A stretch of 4,849 nucleotides of DNA from Naegleria gruberi (lineage: Eukaryota). The position numbers and the translations under genes were made by a program. Positions 1-4,849 of the stretch are shown piece by piece. The DNA is taken from the NCBI GenBank assembly GCA_000004985.1, contig GG739171.1; one strand, 5' to 3'. The notes beneath the pieces were generated by a model, which did not search any database, was not told where the DNA came from, and worked only from the letters and a program-made list of their open reading frames with translations. How positions within the stretch are numbered: the first letter of the stretch is position 1; each line of letters opens with the position of its first letter.

Positions 1-98
1 CATGAAAATTCTGGTTCTATTGCAAGTAAGATTAAATTTGATAGTGATGGAAAGAATCCTAGAGTTAGACTTGAGGAATTATTGGAAGCTTGGACTAT

Positions 99-716
99 TT
101 AATTTTGAATATTTGATTTTACACTCAAATATTTCCTTAAAAGCAATTCTGGATAACCACAAGTTAAAACCTGAGCATCCTGAGATGAGAGTGGTAGATC
201 CTTTTCAACTAGTTGCTTATCAATTTTTTTAAACTTTTTCTCTCCCTCAATATTTACTGATTTAAAATAAAGAGTTTCGTTCACATCCTCAAATTTCAAT
301 GAAAAGAAAGCAATCTCATAATTTCTATAATTTCTTCTAATTTTACAAGTTTTAGCTGAGACAACCCTGTGATGATTTGAACTGAGTGCCAGATCCGAAA
401 CTTGATTCATCTTTAATTGGTTCTCTATACTCTTGAGTAGATTATCCTGATCAGATAAATCAACCTTCTCTGAAAAACAGTGAATTTTCTTCCATTTTTC
501 AATGCCAGATTTCTTTCTCTTTTTACGAATTTTAATTTCAAATTGTGACATGTAAGCAAGTTTAATTCCAATAGTTTCGGGAATAACACTATTTCCCTCC
601 TTATCCACAACAATTAAATACACATCATTTTTCTCTTCCATTTTTTGATATTCAGTAAAGTTGTGATGAAACTCTTCGGAAGTGAGTGGTTTAAATCTTC
701 TAAATTCAAATCCCAT
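99..716 (-). CDS. Hypothetical protein, 205 aa, charged and lysine-rich with an NLS-like basic patch (KIRKKRKKSG); no family recognised
   Basis: Uninterrupted ORF. ATG at 714..716 (reverse strand) is preceded in the sense orientation by A9. TAA stop at 99..101 (reverse strand). It is the longest ORF in the 5' 700 nt. Two other ORFs overlap this span (2..232 plus strand, 425..613 minus strand) and are shorter and hydrophobic/low-complexity. A faint resemblance of residues ~12-45 to the N-terminus of SRP14 (L.SE.F...T......VYI..K) is too weak to call. Confidence 0.5.
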   Translation of the reverse strand: MGFEFRRFKPLTSEEFHHNFTEYQKMEEKNDVYLIVVDKEGNSVIPETIGIKLAYMSQFEIKIRKKRKKSGIEKWKKIHCFSEKVDLSDQDNLLKSIENQLKMNQVSDLALSSNHHRVVSAKTCKIRRNYRNYEIAFFSLKFEDVNETLYFKSVNIEGEKKFKKIDKQLVEKDLPLSSQDAQVLTCGYPELLLRKYLSVKSNIQN

Positions 717-1092
717 TTTTTTTTCAAAATTGATTCTATTAATAAATATTATATTATTGTATTAAATTAGTTCACTGTGAATTAATCATAATTGAGCATG
801 ATGAGTATTAAGAAGTATTTCCACCAGCTTCAATTATTCCTATTGAGGCTTCTAAATTACTGTAAAATTGTCAAATTTCCCAACCACGAAAAATTTCCAT
901 GGAAATTTTACAAGTCCGAGAAGATCCAATCAAAAAGTTTTTAACGGCCAACCACCGTTTTTACAATAGTAAACTTGCATTTCTGACGTGGCCGGGAGCT
1001 TTTTTTTGAGAGATCTTGTTGCGGTCACCACCTGTCTCCAAAGACACCACATTCCATTACATTGATATTTCCATAGTACATTTGTGCCTTCA
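717..1092. promoter_or_regulatory. Divergent intergenic region between the minus-strand ORF (start at 716) and the plus-strand ORF start (1093); presumed bidirectional promoter
   Basis: The two flanking ORFs are oriented head-to-head. T9 run at 717..725 abuts the minus-strand ATG. A single GC-rich island at 983..999 contains TGACGTGGC (984..992; ACGT-core, CRE/ABRE-like) and is followed by a T8 run (1000..1007). AAAATTGA lies at 726..733. No function can be assigned from sequence alone. Confidence 0.3.
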
Positions 1093-1160
1093 ATGATCAA
1101 GTTGAATTTTTCACACACCCTTGTGAATTTCCACATATTCATTCTTCTTTCAATATATTA
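1093..1160 (+). CDS. 5' end of an ORF encoding a signal-peptide-like N-terminus (MIKLNFSHTLVNFHIFILLSIY...), truncated by the assembly gap; possibly exon 1 of the downstream alpha2-delta-like gene
   Basis: The first ATG in this frame is at 1093. The ORF track began the ORF at GTG 1084, which is a prokaryote-style start. A short polar n-region is followed by a hydrophobic h-region, as expected for a secreted or type-I membrane protein. It has the same strand and orientation as the alpha2-delta-like exons beyond the gap. Reading frame continuity across the gap cannot be assessed. Confidence 0.35.
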
Positions 1161-2686
1161 NNNNNNNNNNNNNNNNNNNNNNNNNNNNNNNNNNNNNNNN
1201 NNNNNNNNNNNNNNNNNNNNNNNNNNNNNNNNNNNNNNNNNNNNNNNNNNNNNNNNNNNNNNNNNNNNNNNNNNNNNNNNNNNNNNNNNNNNNNNNNNNN
1301 NNNNNNNNNNNNNNNNNNNNNNNNNNNNNNNNNNNNNNNNNNNNNNNNNNNNNNNNNNNNNNNNNNNNNNNNNNNNNNNNNNNNNNNNNNNNNNNNNNNN
1401 NNNNNNNNNNNNNNNNNNNNNNNNNNNNNNNNNNNNNNNNNNNNNNNNNNNNNNNNNNNNNNNNNNNNNNNNNNNNNNNNNNNNNNNNNNNNNNNNNNNN
1501 NNNNNNNNNNNNNNNNNNNNNNNNNNNNNNNNNNNNNNNNNNNNNNNNNNNNNNNNNNNNNNNNNNNNNNNNNNNNNNNNNNNNNNNNNNNNNNNNNNNN
1601 NNNNNNNNNNNNNNNNNNNNNNNNNNNNNNNNNNNNNNNNNNNNNNNNNNNNNNNNNNNNNNNNNNNNNNNNNNNNNNNNNNNNNNNNNNNNNNNNNNNN
1701 NNNNNNNNNNNNNNNNNNNNNNNNNNNNNNNNNNNNNNNNNNNNNNNNNNNNNNNNNNNNNNNNNNNNNNNNNNNNNNNNNNNNNNNNNNNNNNNNNNNN
1801 NNNNNNNNNNNNNNNNNNNNNNNNNNNNNNNNNNNNNNNNNNNNNNNNNNNNNNNNNNNNNNNNNNNNNNNNNNNNNNNNNNNNNNNNNNNNNNNNNNNN
1901 NNNNNNNNNNNNNNNNNNNNNNNNNNNNNNNNNNNNNNNNNNNNNNNNNNNNNNNNNNNNNNNNNNNNNNNNNNNNNNNNNNNNNNNNNNNNNNNNNNNN
2001 NNNNNNNNNNNNNNNNNNNNNNNNNNNNNNNNNNNNNNNNNNNNNNNNNNNNNNNNNNNNNNNNNNNNNNNNNNNNNNNNNNNNNNNNNNNNNNNNNNNN
2101 NNNNNNNNNNNNNNNNNNNNNNNNNNNNNNNNNNNNNNNNNNNNNNNNNNNNNNNNNNNNNNNNNNNNNNNNNNNNNNNNNNNNNNNNNNNNNNNNNNNN
2201 NNNNNNNNNNNNNNNNNNNNNNNNNNNNNNNNNNNNNNNNNNNNNNNNNNNNNNNNNNNNNNNNNNNNNNNNNNNNNNNNNNNNNNNNNNNNNNNNNNNN
2301 NNNNNNNNNNNNNNNNNNNNNNNNNNNNNNNNNNNNNNNNNNNNNNNNNNNNNNNNNNNNNNNNNNNNNNNNNNNNNNNNNNNNNNNNNNNNNNNNNNNN
2401 NNNNNNNNNNNNNNNNNNNNNNNNNNNNNNNNNNNNNNNNNNNNNNNNNNNNNNNNNNNNNNNNNNNNNNNNNNNNNNNNNNNNNNNNNNNNNNNNNNNN
2501 NNNNNNNNNNNNNNNNNNNNNNNNNNNNNNNNNNNNNNNNNNNNNNNNNNNNNNNNNNNNNNNNNNNNNNNNNNNNNNNNNNNNNNNNNNNNNNNNNNNN
2601 NNNNNNNNNNNNNNNNNNNNNNNNNNNNNNNNNNNNNNNNNNNNNNNNNNNNNNNNNNNNNNNNNNNNNNNNNNNNNNNNNNNNNN
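1161..2686. other. Assembly gap (1,526 consecutive N)
   Basis: Run of 'n' directly visible. The long X-filled ORFs reported on both strands across this span are artefacts of translating N. Confidence 0.99.
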
Positions 2687-2796
2687 CAACTGGTGATGAT
2701 GGAATTCAAAAATATACTCCTAGAACAGCAGTTAGTATTGCTGAAGTTAGAGATTTAAGATGTGCTCTCCAAGATCTGAGATTTACTTATAGAGAT
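2687..2796 (+). CDS. Internal exon fragment (frame 1) of the alpha2-delta-like gene; 5' boundary lost in the gap
   Basis: Open frame from the gap edge (…TGDDGIQKYTPRTAVSIAEVRDLRCALQDLRFTYRD). It ends exactly at a consensus 5' splice site GTAAGT (2797..2802) in phase 0. Splicing to 2837 continues the frame-2 ORF whose product aligns with the VWA_N region of alpha2-delta. Confidence 0.5.
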
Positions 2797-2836
2797 GTAA
2801 GTTTTATCAAACACCCTAATAACCTTTTTTTATAAG
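2797..2836 (+). other. Spliceosomal intron, 40 nt (GTAAGT ... CTAAT branch-like ... T-tract ... AAG)
   Basis: GTAAGT at 2797..2802. CTAAT (CTRAY-type branch consensus) at 2816..2820, 15 nt upstream of the AG at 2835..2836. T7 tract at 2825..2831. Removing it joins frame 1 (ending 2796) to frame 2 (starting 2837) in phase 0. A second in-frame AG acceptor lies at 2847..2848, which would give a 52-nt intron. Confidence 0.5.
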
Positions 2837-4135
2837 GCTAAATATAAGGTTGACGACACTATCAGCCAAATTTATGTTGCTGGTGAATATGCTCCAATGA
2901 TAAACACCTATCCTGGATTGAATTGGAGATTTAATAAGTCACAATCATCATCAATTTGTCTTGAAAATGATGCATTCACCACTGCAACTTCTTGCTACTC
3001 TGGGTTCGAATACAGAAATAGACCATGGTTTATTTCAGCATCTTATGTATCCAAAAATATTTTTCTGATAATAGATTATTCGTCTGTAGTAATGAGAAGT
3101 AGTAATGGATATTCCAGAACAGTATCGGCCTTAAACAGCTTATTGAACTCCTTAAACGAGAGGGATAAGATAGCTGCTGTTCTTTTTACCAAGAAGGCAA
3201 TTATTTATCCAGGAAATGAAAAAACAGGCTTCCTGTTCGCAACTGACGCAACAAAATCAAGTCTACTTGATTGGATTTTGTCGCTCTTTGTTCAAACCTC
3301 TTCCACAACCAATTCCGGATCCTATCATACAGCTGCCTTTGAGACATCATTTGCGTTCCTTAAGCAATACTCAAGCTCATTGATTAATTGTGATACCTCA
3401 CTTGTTGTGTTTGGAGATGCTGACAATATCAAGGACGAATCAAATCCAGTCAACAGCTTACTTACTCAATATCAGTCACTATCGAATTATTTGGGTACTA
3501 GTTTTGTAAAGAAAGTTAGAGTATTTTCGTTCTCAGTTGGCATTCAAAAAGGGCAAGCTAACCCATTGAAATCCTATCCATGTCTAACAGGTGGGCTGTG
3601 GATACCACTGGATCCCTCTGACGCTTCCACAGAGCAAAGTTCTGATGTAAGAGGATTAATGAGTCCATTTTTTAGTTTTCATTCCTACAGAAGACTTGGA
3701 AAGAATGATATTATTTGGTCTAATTTCTATTCCGACTTGTTGGGAATTGGTAATATGACTACAGCATCCCTTCCTTGCTATTCTTCTGGTGGCATGTTTT
3801 TGGGTGTTGTTGGTGTGGATGTTCCAGCTACCTTATTCAACACAACCACATACCCTGATGCACATTCAGAATTCTCTAGGAGAAAAGTGTTATCAGATGG
3901 TGTTGGCTACTGTCCAGATGTAGATATTCAAGACTCATTCGTTGATGACCTTAGAGGAGGAGCTTGCAATTATTGCAACCAACCTTGTGGTAATCTTGCT
4001 GTAATGTTGGGGTTCATACCTGCTGTATTGGTTGCCTTTGTTGTTTTCGTGATTGTTTCGTTCTACTTTTACAAGAGGTCACTTATGAAGGCGGAAGGGG
4101 ATGACGAAAAAGAAGAAAAAGCCCTTGTAAAATAA
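2837..4135 (+). CDS. Terminal exon of an alpha2-delta-like protein. It carries the end of VWA_N, a VWA domain with a degenerate MIDAS, the start of a Cache-like domain, a Cys-rich stalk, one C-terminal TM helix and a short charged tail. The ORF-track version starts at Met 2897.
   Basis: Motif-level similarity to voltage-gated Ca-channel alpha2-delta subunits as I recall them. RNRPWF (3014..3031) corresponds to [17 protein letters not shown] (3059..3091) sits at the DxSxS MIDAS position (DVSGS in alpha2-delta-1). [11 protein letters not shown] (3509..3541) corresponds to [33 protein letters not shown] corresponds to [30 protein letters not shown] corresponds to LGVMGVDV. The hydrophobic stretch [26 protein letters not shown] (3995..4072) is followed by [20 protein letters not shown] and TAA TAA (4133..4138). 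The frame is open back to 2801, and 2837 is the proposed splice acceptor. Confidence 0.8.
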   Translation, partial: [432 protein letters not shown]

Positions 4136-4139
4136 TAAA
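4133..4139 (+). terminator. Tandem stop TAATAA overlapping a canonical AATAAA polyadenylation hexamer (4134..4139)
   Basis: Sequence gta aaa TAA TAA aaa ATG. AATAAA is read from 4134. The predicted cleavage zone 10-30 nt downstream falls inside the next ORF. Confidence 0.4.
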
Positions 4140-4141
4140 AA

Positions 4142-4849
4142 ATGTTAGAAGTTGAATTTAGCCATTCCGTTGTTTGTTTGACCAATGAAGAAATAATAGA
4201 AAACTCATTTGATAAACCAATACACACCCAACTAGGAAATGGGCAATTAAAGTTTTTAGATATGGAAGAAAAACTTAGTGTGATGAATCCAGGAGAAACA
4301 TGTGAGATTTTAACATTAGGAGAGGATCTTGTTAAATATAAAATTTCCATCAAACTATTACGAAAATATTCGAGTGATGGCAATGCTACGGAATGGGATT
4401 ATTCAGATGAAGAGAGCTACAATCTAGCTCTAAACAAAAAAGAAGATGGCAACTTATTCTTCTCTCAAAATAAGAATATTTCAGCTTCCAGATGTTATCG
4501 AAGCGGAATTAAACATGTGAGAAGGATCTCCAAATTGAAATGGGATTTAAATAATAGAAAGGCTAGGGATTTGTTGATCACTCTGTTCAATAATCTACTC
4601 ACATGTGAGTTAAAACTTAAAAGATACTCGAATGTTGTAAAGTTTAGTACTGAATGTCTTGATAATATCGGAGAAAATGTTAAAAGTTATTACAAAAGAG
4701 GTGAGGCAAATATGAATGATGGAAATTATTCTTTGGCTAATGAAGATTTCAGAAAAGCTAAAGAGCTGCTACTCACAGTTGATTCAAATGCTGAAATTTC
4801 TGTAATCAGTAAGGTTATTACAGGCTCTCCTAAGACTATGCAGCAGATA
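4142..4849 (+). CDS. FKBP-like (probably non-catalytic) + TPR co-chaperone-type protein, AIP/AIPL1/TTC9-like; 3' end truncated by the window edge (236 codons, no stop)
   Basis: ATG at 4142 is the first codon after the in-frame stops. The frame is open to the last base of the window. The C-terminal half matches the FKBP52/AIP-type TPR pattern. NVKSYYKRGEANMNDGNYSLANEDFRKAKELL corresponds to [31 protein letters not shown]. The preceding LFNNLLTCELKLKRYSNVVKFSTECL corresponds to [25 protein letters not shown]. The N-terminal ~85 aa (KPIHTQLGNGQLKFLDMEEKLSVMNPGETCEIL) resembles the distal half of an FKBP fold ([32 protein letters not shown] in AIP). Confidence 0.7.
   Translation, partial: MLEVEFSHSVVCLTNEEIIENSFDKPIHTQLGNGQLKFLDMEEKLSVMNPGETCEILTLGEDLVKYKISIKLLRKYSSDGNATEWDYSDEESYNLALNKKEDGNLFFSQNKNISASRCYRSGIKHVRRISKLKWDLNNRKARDLLITLFNNLLTCELKLKRYSNVVKFSTECLDNIGENVKSYYKRGEANMNDGNYSLANEDFRKAKELLLTVDSNAEISVISKVITGSPKTMQQI

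Noticed and set aside
2-232. 76-aa plus-strand ORF at the window start
   Set aside because: It overlaps the 3' third of the longer minus-strand ORF. Its peptide is hydrophobic and low-complexity with no motif, so it is most likely an antisense shadow ORF. The frame could extend left of the window, so this is not fully excluded.
425-613. 62-aa minus-strand ORF nested inside ORF 99..716
   Set aside because: Alternative frame entirely inside a longer ORF. Typical shadow ORF in AT-rich sequence.
726-733. AAAATTGA octamer resembling a giant-virus early promoter motif, together with dense AT-rich gene packing
   Set aside because: It is ~360 nt from the nearest same-orientation ATG. The window contains a consensus spliceosomal intron and metazoan-type alpha2-delta/AIP homologues. 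A single AT-rich 8-mer is expected by chance.
984-992. TGACGTGGC (ABRE/CRE-like ACGT element) as evidence of plant or bZIP-regulated origin
   Set aside because: A single 9-mer occurrence. Genome compaction and the 40-nt intron do not fit plants. It is kept only as a descriptive note within the promoter feature.
930-1142. 70-aa minus-strand ORF across the divergent intergenic region and the signal-peptide ORF start
   Set aside because: It lies antisense to the putative start of the plus-strand gene and within the presumed promoter region. Short, no motif.
1139-2709. Two >500-aa minus-strand 'ORFs' and the long plus-strand ORF consisting almost entirely of X
   Set aside because: They are translations of the N gap. 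No sequence information is present.
3990-4148. Possible intron (GTAATC at 3990 … AG at 4147..4148) that would fuse the alpha2-delta-like ORF in-frame to the FKBP/TPR ORF while skipping the TM helix and stops
   Set aside because: The phase works arithmetically. However, the acceptor has no pyrimidine tract. The TM helix + charged tail + TAATAA is a textbook C-terminus. The downstream ORF has its own ATG directly after the stops. A chance in-frame GT/AG pair is expected in 160 nt.
4127-4148. 22-nt GTA…TAG ciliate-style micro-intron removing the tandem stop
   Set aside because: Splicing would leave the downstream ORF out of frame. The absence of any in-frame TAA/TAG across ~1.9 kb of coding sequence also argues against a ciliate-type code with reassigned stops.
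4069-4383. 104-aa minus-strand ORF spanning the junction between the two plus-strand genes
   Set aside because: Antisense to two ORFs with clear homology-like motif content. Most likely spurious.

Overview
The window reads as an AT-rich, gene-dense eukaryotic scaffold rather than a prokaryotic locus. It has no rRNA, tRNA, CRISPR or transposon signatures. A 1,526-nt assembly gap (N run, 1161..2686) splits the window. Four protein-coding units can be supported. (1) A minus-strand 205-aa ORF (99..716) with no recognisable family. (2/3) A plus-strand gene for an alpha2-delta-like protein (VWA_N - VWA - start of a Cache domain). The ORF finder split it between frame 1 and frame 2. It is best read as two exons (2687..2796 and 2837..4135) joined across a 40-nt GTAAGT...CTAAT...AAG spliceosomal intron. 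It ends in one transmembrane helix plus a short charged tail and a tandem TAATAA stop. A signal-peptide-like ORF start at 1093, running into the gap, may be its 5' exon. (4) Six nucleotides after that stop, in the same frame, an ORF (4142..window end) encodes an FKBP-like/TPR co-chaperone of the AIP/TTC9 type. Its 3' end is cut by the window edge. The main points worth a second look are the truncated 'mini' alpha2-delta architecture with a degenerate MIDAS motif, and the stop-to-ATG junction where an AATAAA hexamer overlaps the tandem stop. That junction implies polycistronic/operon-like processing or transcript overlap. Two in-frame alternative acceptors lie 12 nt apart in the intron. I could not identify the organism. 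Alpha2-delta and AIP/TTC9 homologues, a short GTAAGT intron and near-zero intergenic spacing would together fit a compact metazoan or protist genome that uses trans-splicing. That is inference only.
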